A DNA stretch of 63,175 nucleotides, filler included, from Chrysochromulina tobinii (GCA_001275005.1; 6 parts of 6 records of this genome joined end to end with filler, not necessarily neighbours in it), one strand, 5' to 3'. Shown: positions 24,483-40,084, counted from the first letter of the whole stretch. Numbers and translations are program-made. Notes: generated by a model not told the origin, from the sequence alone.

Positions 24483-25007
24483 TCGCGGAGGACGCGCGTG
24501 CGCGCACGATCAACGGGCGGGCGACCAGGCGCGGGCTGCTCGCGTTCGTTTTGTCGCTGCTCGGACCGCTAATGCTTGTTGCTTCTCGCCTTCTTCGCCC
24601 ACCCGGCTCGGGGCTCCCGCGGAGCGTGTACGGTACCCCCAAGCATACAGAGCGCGTGTAGTTGCGTGTGGTCGACGGGGTCCGCCGATTCAATTTCACG
24701 TGAAAACGGCTAACAATGTGTAATGAAGAGACAAGAGTTCACCTCGGTCAGCTGCCGTCAGGGCTGTCGTGGAATTGATGACAGCCTTACAACTGTACGG
24801 AGGTTAACGGTTATTGCCCCGTCAAGAGGAGAGAGCGCACGCCTCTTTTTTAACTTCCGCGTCTGACGTGTTCACTTCACGTTCCTTTTTCCCCACACAC
24901 CATCTCCCGAGCGCGCGCATTGTGCACGCGGGGCCCTTTTTGCGAGCTTCATCTTCCGAGCCTTGCCCATCACTTTCAAGCGCCTTGTCCCGCAACGTGC
25001 TGACGCG

Positions 25008-28000
25008 ATGGCCGCACGCAACGCACTCGGAACCAGCGCAACTGACGCTCTTACAACGGGCACGGCCGACGAGCGAATCCGCGTGCGAGCGCGAGGGGGA
25101 GAAGAAGTCACGTGGCCGCGCGAGGCCGCGCGAAATGCGGGCACCTTGAAGGATCTCATGGACGACGCCCCTCCCGAGGATGGCGTGTACCCAGTGCCAA
25201 AAATTGCGGCCTGGACGCTTGACTTGCTGGGCAAGCTGAGTGATCCTGACTCCACACGGCCAAGTGTCGACGAGTGCTCGATGCCGCAGCTCATGGAGCT
25301 CGTCGAGGGTGCGAACTTTCTCGACGCCAATAGGGCGCTCGAGCACATCCAGCGTGCGATCGCACAACGGCTCAACAGCCAGCGCGCTCACGACCTCTGC
25401 GTGGTGCTAGGCGCGAGAAGTGACTTTGATGGCGCGGAGGAGCGCGCTGAGGCTCTCGCTGAGCCGGCGTTTCTACCAGAAGGCTACGAGGCGCCGCAGC
25501 AGCTCGGCGCGGCCAGCTCCTCGGCGCCGCCCGCACCTCTGCGGCAGCCCTCGCTCTCGGCGGTGCCAGCCACGGAGGATGCCAAGGAGGCTGCTCTGGC
25601 CCTTGTGGACGTGGCCACGCTGTGCGAGCTCAAGGGCGTGAATCGGTTTTGGCGTGCGCTGTCACGGCGTGTCCTCTGCTCGCGCCTGTGCCGCGGCCGC
25701 GGGCAGCCGGCACCCACACATCTGGAAGCGATCACCGACCTGGACGTTGAGCTGCTCATCGAGGCCGGCCGTCCGGGGGAAACGGCCCTAGCGGGGCGGA
25801 TGCTGCCAGGGCTGGCGCGCCTCCATGGCTACGGCTTTGTGGTGGACGTGGCAAAAGTACGGGCCGCGAATCTGGGCGTCCAGGAGGCGTCCAGGAGGGG
25901 TCATTTTGGTGGCGGCCTGTTCGGTGGCTTTGGTGGTGCTGGTGCCCCAAATCCTTTTGGTGGCGGCCCGTTTGGTTTTGGTGCCGCTCCGCCGCCGCCA
26001 CCTTCGTTGCTTCGTGGTACTGCTAAGGCTGCTCTTGACAGCTGCATATCAGGCGACGGAGAAGCACCGTTGAAGCTGACGATCGCAGCCGTTGCCTGTG
26101 CGGGCTCAGGTGTGGTATGCGGCGTTCCGGTGCAGCATATGCGGGAGGACACCGTGCCTCCTCCACAGGCACCCGACGATGCCGGCAACGGCGAAGACGA
26201 GGTGGATGCTCTCTTCAAGGACGAGATGGAACGCGAGTCCGTCGGCACCAAGGATAGCGGTCGTGGCGGCAGTGGAGGCGGCAGCCGAGGCGGCGGCGGC
26301 CGCGGCGGCGGCGGCGGCGGCAAGGGCACACCTCGTGCCATGACGGAGCTGAACTTGTGTTATGAGGGGCTCCAAGGGCCTGTGGCCATGCTCATTTCCT
26401 ATCTCATTCCTTCTATGGGCGCGCTGACACGCATCGACGTCCGCAACAACAATATCGCGGGCGACGGCGCTGAGCAGCTCGCAGCCACTGTCCTCGGCAA
26501 CCTCAAGATCGAGATGTTCAACGAGATCCCGATCAAGGAGATGCGCGCCGACTCGCTCACGGAGCTGGACCTGAAGGAGAAGCACTTCGGAGTCGAGGGA
26601 GGCATGGTCGTGGCAGGACTCATACCCGTCATGGGCGCGCTGACGGTGGCCAACCTCCTGCGCAATGAGCTTGATGCGGAGTCGGCCAAGATGCTCGCTG
26701 AAGTCGCGAAGCAGAAGGGGATCTCGCTCTGCGGCATTCAGCGGGACCAGACCACCGCTGACTTCTCCAGCCAGAACTATAAGGACCTCAAGCCGCCCGA
26801 TGCTATCCTGCTGGCGTCGGACCTGTCACAGGCCGTTGTCACAGGCGGGCTCACAAAAATTTCACTCGCCCGAAACAAGTTGGGGGAGGAGGGCACCAAG
26901 GCCATCTGCGAGGCACTCAAACAGAACAAGACGCTCAAGGAGCTCAAACTGTCTGGTTATATGGGAAGCAATATCGGAGGGGCAGCAGGCGCCAAGCATG
27001 TAGCAGACATGCTAGGCGTCAACGGGGAGCTGACGATAGTCGAGTAAGTTAGTCGACCGAAATCCAACTTGATTCGAAGCCCCACTTGCCTTGAGATGGC
27101 CACTTGCATGCTCTCGTTTGTTGCGCAGTCTGAGCAGCAACCAACTTTATGCAGAGGGGGCAGCAGCTCTAGCTCCAGCACTGGCTGCTAATGGCGGGCT
27201 GACAGAGTTGTCCATTTTTGGCAACGATGTTGGGGACAAGGGAGTTGATGCGATCTGCGAGGCCATCAAGAGTAACAAGGAGACCAAGCTCGCGTCGCTC
27301 AACTTTGGGGACAACAGTATCGGTCCAGTCGGAGCAAACACTGTGGGGGCGATGGTAGCCGTCACAGGCGCGCTGACGAGCGTCGACCTGTCCGGAAATC
27401 ATCTCACTGACCACGGCAGGGACATGACGGGCATCAAGGAGCTCGCCGCCGCTCTTGGCGTCAACGGCGGGCTGACGGTGATAAACCTTCTGGGCAATCA
27501 GCTTGATGCGGAGTCCGCCAAGTTACTTGCTGAGGTCGCCAAGCAGAAGGGTATCTCGCTCTGCGGCATCCAGCGCGACCAGACCTTCGCTGACTTCTCC
27601 CGCCAAGATCTACGCCTCCAGCAACCCGATGCGATCCTGCTGGCGTCGGACCTGTCACAGGCCGTTGTCACAGGCGCGCTGACACGCGTCGACGTCCGCA
27701 ACAACAACATTGTGGGCGACGGCGCTGCGCAGCTCGCAGCCACTGTCCTCGGCAACCTCAAGATCGAGATGTTCAACGAGATCCCGATCAAGGAGATGCG
27801 CGCCGACTCGCTCACGGAGCTGGACCTGAAGGGGAAGGGCGTCGGAGTCGCGGGCGTCATGGTCGTGGCGGGACTCATACCCGCTATGGGCGCCTTGACA
27901 CAGGTGCTCGCATTCTGCCCCCGAAGAGAGATGCCTTTACTGTTACTCTGACCCTTGCATTTGCTTGGAATGATATTGCAGCTGGACCTCTCAGGCGACC

Positions 28001-29290
28001 AGCTGATGTGCGGCATCGATCGTTATGGCGAAGGATCTTACACTGCAGAGGGCGTCACAGCGATTGCCGAGGCGCTCCGCACAAGCGTCACAGGCGCGCT
28101 GACGGTGACCAACCTCCTGGGCAATGAGCTTGATGCGGAGTCCGCCAAGATGCTTGCTGACGTCGCCAAGCAGAAGGGTATCTCGCTCTGCGGCATCCGG
28201 CGCGATCAGACCACCGCTGGCTTCCGCTACCAGGAACTCCAGCCGCCCGATGCGATCCTGCTGGGGTCGGACCTGTCACAGGCTGTTGTCACAGGCGCCT
28301 TGACGGAGGTATGGGAGACTTGTCAGCCCACAGCCTCCTGACTCCTCTCCTCCTGACCCATCTGTGTCTTTTTCGGCAGTTGAATCTCTTTAATCAACGT
28401 CTCTGTGGTGTCTGGACCGAGGATGGCAATCAGCACGGCAACTACACTGCAGAGGGCATCACAGCGATTGCCGGCGCTCTGCGCGTCAATGGCACCTTGA
28501 CACAGGTGCTCGCTTTCTGCCCCCCTAGATAGCCTATTCTGTTATCTAACCCACGCCTTTGCTTTGAATGGTTTTGCAGCTGGACCTCTCACACAATCAG
28601 CTGTGCGGCATGAAACATGATTACGAAGGAACTTATACTGCGGGGGGTATCACAGCGATTGCCGACGCTCTGCGCGTCAACGGCGCATTGACGTCCGTCG
28701 ACCTCAGGGGCAACAAGCTCGGGGACAAGGGCTGGGGCGCCATCTTTGCCGCCATCTGCGGCAACAAGGACAGCAAGATCATATCTTTGGACGCGGCCTC
28801 CGAGAACATCGGCCCCGCTGGTGTCAAGCTGATCGCCGAGGCGATCCGCACGAGCGTCACAGGCGCGCTGACGAAGCTGTCGCTCGCCTCAAACAAGTTG
28901 GAGGAGGCGGGCACCAAAGCCATCTGCGAGGCACTTGAACAGAACAAGACGCTTAAGGAGCTTGACATCAGTGGCGATAGGTTCGGAAACAAAGACAGCA
29001 ACATCGGAGCGTCAGCAGGTGCCAAGCATGTGGCCAAGATGCTTGGCGTCAACGGCGGGCTGACAAGCATCGACCTCTCCAACAACCAGCTCTGTGGCGT
29101 CTGGACTGACTACCGCGGTCAACATGGCACCTACACTGCAGAGGGCGTCACTGCAATCGCCGACGCCATGCGCGTTAATGGCGCGCTGACGGTGATCAAC
29201 CTCCTGGGCAATGAGCTTGATGCGGAGTCCGCCAAGATGCTCGCTGAAGTCGCCAAGCAGAAGGGTATCTCGCTCTTGGGCATCCCGTGA
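25008..29290 (+). CDS. Skp1-like + F-box-like + ribonuclease-inhibitor-type LRR protein; introns 27044-27128, 27904-27981, 28309-28379, 28506-28579; last repeat frameshifted
   Basis: IRVRARGGEEVTWPREAARNAGTLKDLMDD..LMELVEGANFLD..IAQRL (Skp1). VDVATLCELKGVNRFWRAL (F-box-like). Repeats such as LTxxDLSxNxLxxEGxxAIAEAL. All four GT-AG introns restore the frame. Confidence 0.85.
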
Positions 29291-29768
29291 TCAGACCTGC
29301 GCTGACGAAAATTGTAAGTTTGCCCAGCAGATTTCAAACTCCCCTGCATACCTGCTGTCCAGATACCCGGGTAACGTTTCGCAAAGTGATTGATCATACA
29401 TGGACCCTTGTGCCGCGCAGTCTTCGTTACACCTATCTTGAGACAGAGGAAGGGGAGACCTCAATTCGTAACGCAGTGACAAAGGAAAGGCCTGCTTTCT
29501 TACCGGCTTTCAGCTGCAACAGTGGTCAACAACTAGTGCTCGCCCTTAGGCATGTGTGTGGGGGACGGCCCGGGGATTCTGGCGCCATATGGGGGGTTGT
29601 GCATGGCGGGCGGCCGCCCGTTTGGCGTGCATACATCGCGCCGCCTGTGCGGATTGCGGCCGCCTATGGTGTCGGCCACGCGCAGTTTGGGCCACGGCCG
29701 CTCGTGCGGTGGCCATGAGGGTGGGCATCGCGTCGATCCCTTGTGCGAACAGGCGCGGGCAGAGGTAC

Positions 29769-30040
29769 ATGCAAGAGGTGCGGTTCCGATTCCATAATGT
29801 GTGCGGTGTGCGTTCGGATCGCCCGGCGGCGCGTGAGGCGTACCCCCGTGCTGGTGGGGATGTGTGCGACTTGCTCGTTCTCGCTGAGACGAACTGCGTT
29901 GGAGTCGGTGGGGAGCAGGCTGAGCGACAATGGAGTCGGGCATGGCTGAATGGGTATGAAACCCTCGGGCTAGGGCTTCGGACACTCAAGGTCGTGTTGC
30001 GCGCGGTATGGCTGTGTTTGTTTCAAAGCGCCTCCCTCAA
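29769..30040 (+). mobile_element. Degenerate LINE (L1/Tx1-type) AP-endonuclease fragment
   Basis: FHNVCGVRS..DLLVLAETN..ERQWSRAW, then after a frame break ARGMAVFVSKRL: the APE N-terminal motifs (NVxG, LxET, GVAI). Confidence 0.6.
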
Positions 30041-30821
30041 GCCGACCCACCGCACGCCTGGTACTCGCCCCTGACCGGGGCATCGGCGTTTCTCCAGGCC
30101 CTGCTCGCGCTCTCGGCGGGTTGATCGTCAGCTTGACGATGTCACCGAAGCTGTCAACAGCTTCAAAGCCACCACCAGCACGCAGGGCGAGAACGGAGAA
30201 GCTTGCGGCACTGGAGAAGAGCTACTTCACCCTGCTCGAGAGAGTTGTGGGGAGCGAGAAGGGGACAAAGCTGAAAGTGGCACAGAGGCAAAGCAAAAAG
30301 TAAGCCGGGTGGCAAAGGCGGAGGTGGGATTGGTGGAAAGGGGGGCAATGACAGCTCTGGCGGCCCTGGCGCGAGCCCCGATGGCAAGAACGCGAGCGCG
30401 AGCCCCGATGGCAAGAGCCGCGATGCGAAATCTGATGCCAGGAGCGCAAGGCTGGCGGTCGCAGCGGGGCCTCCCAGCGCGGCGCCAGCAAGGGTGGCAG
30501 CCGCGCTGATACTGGTGCTGGCGCTGGCGGTGCTGGGACCGCACCTTGTCGCTTGTGTGTCGATTCAACTGACCCTTTCTCAATATATGACGGTACCTTG
30601 TGTTTCGATTCAAGGTCGCAGCGTCCCGACGAGTTAACTACCCATTGGCTGTGAACTCATAACACATAACTCATAAGGGGTGAACCCCTGTGATGAGGCG
30701 GGTTCATACCGTTTAACTTTTCCACATGGATTAAATTTCACACAACACATACAATAGAGCGGGGCCTGGCCTCATGCCGATGCATGCGCCATGATGCGAT
30801 TTCGTCGCCTGTTCTCTTCGC

Positions 30822-33675
<2,854 letters not shown>

Positions 33676-34113
33676 TCAGCCCTACATAAAGCAATGAGTG
33701 CCAAGGCCCCAACAAGGCCCCCGGGGCGGGGGAGGGTGGGGAAACGGGGCGGGGGAGGGTGGACAACGGTGGAGCCAGACAGTGACTGTTGTCCTGAACT
33801 CAATGGGACGCCGTGAACTCAATGGGAGAGCGTGGGACACCTCTGGCTTGAGTTTCGTTCAAATCCCTTCAGTAGTTTTGGAGATCAGGTTTCGCCCCAT
33901 GTACACCATGAGCGGACTACCTTAAATCAAACCATAAAAATTCGGAATAAAAAACACGGCCTCCCGGAAGTAGCCCGGACGGGATACCAATGTTGAGCTT
34001 GGCCAACGTACGTCTGTCGTGAATCACAATGGGTAGGCACCACTAGTCGCGGACCGACGGGGGGGCGCGTTCCCTCGTGGGGCAACTTGATTACGAACTA
34101 GGCGGCAGCAAGG

Positions 34114-34213
34114 NNNNNNNNNNNNNNNNNNNNNNNNNNNNNNNNNNNNNNNNNNNNTTAATTAATTAANNNNNNNNNNNNNNNNNNNNNNNNNNNNNNN
34201 NNNNNNNNNNNNN
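34114..34213. other. Artificial contig linker
   Basis: N44-TTAATTAATTAA-N44. Confidence 0.98.
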
Positions 34214-37200
34214 CGCCCTCATCGACCCCGTCGCGTAGCACGAGGACGCGGCGCCGGAGCCAGAGCGCCCGCTTAAGAGCGCCGTCGTCGTTGGCGACGA
34301 ATATGGACGTGGCCGAGTCCGTGAACGTGGGCGTCGGCCGATCTGACGGGTAGTGCATCTCCTGGAGGAGGCCGCGTGCCGTGATGATGCGGTTGAGCGC
34401 GGTGCCGCCCGCGACGACTTCCGTTGTGTGAGTTTCGCCCGCCTTGCACTGTTGGCTCTGGCAGATGTTGTCGATTGCGCCGCCAGCCAGCATGCCGACG
34501 ACGCTCGTCATGCTTTTCGCCGACGTGGAGAGGTTGGCGTCGTACTTGAAGTAGAGGCCCCACTCTTGATCTTCGGTCGAGTACGGCTGCTTGAGCCGAT
34601 GCGAGTCGATGCGCCCTTGAAACGCCGTGCGGTGCTCGAGCACTAGAGTCTCGCCGCTGTCGCTCTTGGTCTCAAAGTCGGGCGCCTGATAGCTGTACAC
34701 CATGGTGTTGGGCTTGTCGCCGTCCGAGCCGTCGACGATAGTGTTTTGGAACGCGTCGCTGTCGTCAGCCTGATGCGCCGTGAAGTCTTCCATGTGCGCG
34801 GCGTAGACGGCGGTGATGATCTTGAGCGTGATCTTGCGCCCGACGTCCGCGAAACTTGGAAACTGGTCGGGGTCCATGTTGGTGCCGACGAGACAGAGGC
34901 GCGGTGCGAACTTGAGCTTTTCCGAGCCGGGCACTGCCTTCATGACGAACACCCACTTGAGCCGGAAGATCCTCGTGCTGCGCGGCACGGTCTTGATGCT
35001 CACCATTTTCCATACGGGCACGGCCTCGTACGCCTCCATCTTGAGCTCCATCGCCGTGCGCCAGTACGCTTTGTGCGGGCTTAGCTTGTACTGCTTGTAC
35101 GTCTGGGGCACGTCGTAGCGCGAGGCGAGGTTCGGGTCGATTGTGACCGCCTCCTTCCCGTTCGAGACGACCGCGGAGATGACTTGGACGATCTCGCCCG
35201 TCTCTACGTCCATGAGCGGGAAGAGGATGTTGTGCGCTCCTTCTTCACACCCGTCGTCGTTGACAGCCGCACGCAAGGCCTCCGCGTCGTGCTTGTCGAC
35301 GCCGTCCACAGCGGTCAGGAACGCGACGAGCAGCTCTGTGTGGTGCTTGGTGAGCTGCGAGACGAGGCACGCCACTGTCACATCACCTGACACGAGGTCA
35401 TCTCGATCGTCGGTCAGCTCAGTGACCCGTTCGCCCTCAACGACCAGTGTCTTGAGCTTGGCGAGGGGTTTGGTGACGCGAGTGTCGTCGATGCAGTGCC
35501 AGAATTTCTCCCCGCCCTCGTCGTAGCGCACTTGGAACACCGCCTTGCCCGTGGTGTCGAGGCGGCCCTTGCCGACGATGACCCCGCCGTAGATGGTGAC
35601 CGGCTCGTCCCACTGGACGTCGACGCGAGACTTGGGCGGGAATGCCTTCTGGAACTCGATGAGGATGTCCTGCTGCGTGGGCGACGAGTCGATCACGCCC
35701 GTTTCAGCCGCCTTTCCTGCTGGAAGCACGTCGGTCACTACTGATGGAACGTCGCCTGCAGGCGCGGGCTCGACGGAGAAGCGCGGCACCGATGAGATGA
35801 GGTCAGGGCGATGCCGCCGCCCACGAGTCGGAACTGGCGTGGGCTGTTCAAGGTCTGCGTCAAGGACAATCGATGGCGCCGGAGCCTGCGGCATGATTAC
35901 GGTCGGAGCCGGTGCCCATGTCGCAGGCGCCGCAGGTGCCGTCGCAAGAGGCGCCGAGGCTGGAGTCGCCGAGCGCGTCGAGACGGTCGTTGCCGGCGTG
36001 CTGAGACGCCGCGCACAGCGCACCATAGCACAAGCGAGGCGTGCCCGAAGTTCGAGAGGGTACTTGGCGAGTCCTTTGGCTTTCGAGACGCCTTGCTCGT
36101 CGAAGCCGACCGTGCGCGCGCCACCCGATGGCACCGCGAGAGGCAGCGCACCAAGGAGTGCGTCCAGGTGCTCGATGATGTTGGGCGTGCCGTAGATGGC
36201 CGTCGTCTTCGGCGCGTCGGCGCCGGCAGATCCTTGATCGACGTACACGGGTTGGAGGTGCAGCTCGTTGGCGAGCTCGACGAACAGGTCCATGTCGAAC
36301 AGGGAACTGTGAGACTCCTGGCCCACGATGGCGAACGGCGAACCTGCACCTCGTCCCACTGGCGCCTCCCACCAGACGAACTTGTCCCTCTTTGAGTCGG
36401 CATCGTGGCACACGTGCCGCGCGAGACGCGCACATGCGCTGAAGAGGGCGATCGCATCGTCTCGCCGCTTCGCATCGGCAGGTTCGAGGTCACGCACGCC
36501 GTTCTTTTCGTCTTGAGTGAAGACCATCACTGGACCCGGGCTTAGGCACAGGAGCGCGGAGACCGCCTTGCAATCGGGCTGGATGCCCGCACCCGCGCAG
36601 CGCTTGTCGCGCAGGAGGTCGCCCACTGACGCAAGGACGCGAGGAAGCGTGATGTTGTGGCCATGCCCGCCCACCTGAAGATCGATGGAGAAGTACGTGA
36701 TCTGGCCGTCCGAGAGCTTGTGCGTGAGCTCGCACAGGTCGTTGGCGTACCCTTGAGCGCCGCCACAGATGCCGACCACGAAGGGGACATTGGGGGCGAC
36801 GCATGACGGCTGCCACACCAGCCTCGGGATCGGAGCCGCGTTGTGCGTAGGCCGCGACGCCGTCGCGTCAGGAACATAGCCGTCCGTTGCAACATCCCGC
36901 CACGTTGAGAAGTCAAGCTGCTCAGGCTCGAGGTCCGTTGCATGTTCAACACTCGCGTCACCAAATGGTTGATGAGACGGGTGCGAGACGGTGGTGCGCG
37001 CGATCACGGGACGCTCGTCGACGCGGATGGTGCCCATGTGTACCGTGGACATCACCTTGCGCCCGTCGTTCCTTATCGTGAGCACATAGCACAGCTTTGG
37101 CGTCACGTCCAAGGTTTCCCTCGATGGGCCGCGAAAGGACCCGGCCGTCGCGTGCTCCTCGAACTTGGAGTCGCGCTGCTCCGGGTATTTGAGGAACTTG

Positions 37201-38763
37201 CACGGCGCTCCGAACGCCACCTGCGACTCGAGCACGGGCTCGCTGAGGCGATGAAAGACCATCGAAGGGCTCGCCGTCTTGCCGATCGGGATCATGTCGT
37301 TGCGCGCCGCAGCGGCCGTGAACATTGCAAAGATCTCGTGCTCCTCGCCATTGTCGGTGGGGCATCCCTTGAGCAGCGCATTCGCCCTTGGGATGACGTA
37401 GCGCCAGATGACCTCGGCCTCGCCCACCATCTGATGACCGTACGCGGGCGAGAACTGCGGCCCAATCTCCGCCTCGGCCAGGTAGGAGAAGGTCTCCTTG
37501 GCCTTGTAGGACGGATGGTTGTCGGACTTGATGCGTAGGATCTCGCCGTTGATTGGCCGGACGAACGTGCGCAGCTTCTGGTCGAGCTCGATGACGGTCT
37601 CGGCCGTGTAGTCGAGGTGCGGGATGAGGACCCACATGCCACTGGCCTTGTCCGAGTAGCCCGTCACATAGAGCGAGTTGAGGTGGAACTGCGCCACCCT
37701 GAACTTGAGCGTGTCGCGCGTCCACACCTGCCCGGGCTCCGGCGCCGGACTGAGCGTCGTCGACGGGCGGAAAGCCGGCGTGTTCATGAGCATGGATTCG
37801 CACAGGCCGCACTTGCGCCGCACGAACTTCTCGACGTCCGCCTTCGAGATCATGCCCTTGGTGTGCTTCATGAGGCCGAGCGTGTGCAGCATCGTCGCCA
37901 GCCCCGGGTGCCCGAGGACCACGTGCATCCTGCAGAGCATCTCGTACCCGTTGAGCTTGGCCGGCCGGTTCATGCTGACCCCGGTGTGCGGGTTGATCGG
38001 CGCCAAGATCTGCTGGTTGAGCTCCTCGAAGCACTGGTCCGACTCGAGCACCTCAGGCGTGCACGGCCACGCGCACCATGACGGCAGCTTGACCGAGATC
38101 GTCGGCGCAATCACATCGGTGACCGTCTCCTTGTTCTTGAGGAGGAGCTCGCGGATGACGTTACCGTCCGTGATGGGCTCGATCCAGTACCACCCGAGGT
38201 TGTTGGCGCTCATGTGGAGGCGTACGCGCGTGCGCTCCGTTGCGCCAGGCTTGAGCGCGTCGATGCACACGCGCCCGACGTCGGCCGCGAAGTGGTACGC
38301 TTGACCATGGCAGTACACGTCCTCGCCTTCGGAGCCGATGTTGCAGAGCGCGCCTTGCAGGACGTGCTTGCGCCGTACCGTCGGTAGTTTGCCGTCGACG
38401 CCGCAACGGTAGTACACGAAGAGGTAGGTCACCTTCGAGTCGAGCATGCTGTCGTCCGCAACCGCGAATCCCGACGTGGCGGCCCGCTTCGTGCCCGGGA
38501 TTGCGCCCAGCATTGTTTTGGAGACGCCCGTCGTGGCCCCGTTGTCACTGAGCTCGGCCTTGGCAGGGATGCCGTTGCTCGGGAGCGCCGCGAGCAGCGC
38601 CTCCTCGTGCGTCAGGATCGCCATGCCCGCCGGGCTGAGCCGCGGCTGTGTCTGACCTGCGTGCACGCTGCGAATCTCGTCCGCAGTGACCGGCCCGAGC
38701 AGCGGCAGCAGCATCTGGGCGCTCTCGAGATCGCACTGGCATTGGCACACGCAACTGCACCCG
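34214..38763 (-). mobile_element. Ty1/Copia LTR retrotransposon pol (PR-INT-[DNMT-like]-[Tudor-like]-partial RT-RNase H), cut by both contig ends
   Basis: Protease DNGAT. Zn motif HVVLGH..CGLC. Integrase D(RDT)-D(SDN)-E(GEAE). RT start VPQTYKQ..WRTAM..LKWVFVMK..RL. RNase H TTEVVA..TPTFTDS..KRALWLRRR. Integrase precedes RT. Confidence 0.9.
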
Positions 38764-38863
38764 NNNNNNNNNNNNNNNNNNNNNNNNNNNNNNNNNNNNN
38801 NNNNNNNTTAATTAATTAANNNNNNNNNNNNNNNNNNNNNNNNNNNNNNNNNNNNNNNNNNNN
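38764..38863. other. Artificial contig linker
   Basis: N44-TTAATTAATTAA-N44. Confidence 0.98.
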
Positions 38864-39965
38864 CGCCACGACCAATGCGACCTCCACACGTCCACCAACA
38901 TCCTCGCGGTGCCGTCTCTCGCTGCAAAGTGCTCGATCCCTTTCACCCCCGGCTACCCAGCCAACGCGACTCACAACGCTACCTCGGCTCGGGTCAGTTG
39001 CTGCACCTCCGACCTCACCCTTGCCGAGTTCAAGACGCTGTGCGGCAGAATGGACTCGAGTAAAGCATCGGCCACGTCTGCTGCTGCATATATGAGCATG
39101 GATAACACCGCTACTTTCCGCACCGACCTGTACTCGGATGCGTGGGATGGCACCGTGTGCCCGACGCTCGTGACGCACAAGGAATCGATTGCCTTGATCA
39201 ACGCTGCGGGGCGCAAGTTTACGCCCGAGCTCAAGACATACTTTTCGTGGTCGGGGAGCCTGACGTACGACCAGGTTCGACAGAAGGTGCAAGCTGCAGG
39301 GGCACGCGAACGACGCCCTTGCCATAGCAACTGCTTCTAACAGCTGCACCTTGACCTCGCGTGCGTGCGCCCGTGTGCCGTAGGTTGTCGACGAGTACAA
39401 GCAAGCAAAAGTCGAGCCGTCGCGTGTCTGGCTGCAGTCGTTCAACGAGCCCGACATCATGTGGTGGATCCAGAATGAGCCGGCCTTCGGCGCGCAAGCT
39501 GTCATGCTCGACGGCAGCGCCATTTTCGGCGGCTTCGGCCACCGCGCAGGCTATCTGGCCTCAGCGGGCGTGCGATACATCGCCCCGCAACTCGGCCATC
39601 TCATCGCATCCAACGCCAACGGCACCGGTCTTGTGCCGTCGGCGTATGCGCGTAACGCTACCGCTGCCGGCCTCAAAATCATCACCTGGACCGTCGAGCG
39701 CAACTACGGCTGCTCGCCCGCGGAGGCATCGACCCGCGCTACTCCGCCGTGCACGTCGTTCAACGAGCTCGAGCTGATTGACACGCTGTACAAGATGGGC
39801 GTCGTTGGCGTCTTCTCCGACTGGCCGGCAACCGTCACCTTCTACGCCTCGTGCATCGACCACTTGCGTACGAAGCGGCCGGCGGCGAGCACCTGCGGCG
39901 AGGTGAAGGCCATCTGGAACCGCAGCGGCTGCTGCGGCGCCCAATCCGCCCGGGAAGTTTTCTAG
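38864..39965 (+). CDS. Glycerophosphodiester phosphodiesterase (5'-partial); intron 39287-39383
   Basis: CCTSDLTLAEFKTLCGRMD, THKESIALI..KFTPELK, RVWLQSFN, GLKIITWTVER, GVVGVFSDWPATVTFYA. Confidence 0.85.
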
Positions 39966-40084
39966 GCTGGCCCGAAATAAGTGTGGCCTGTCTCCTCGAA
40001 CGCTCAGCGATCGATGCGCAAGGCGGTTCGCATGAAGGGCCCAGGACTCCGGGGTGATGGGAGCGAGGAAGCGAGGACAGTCAC

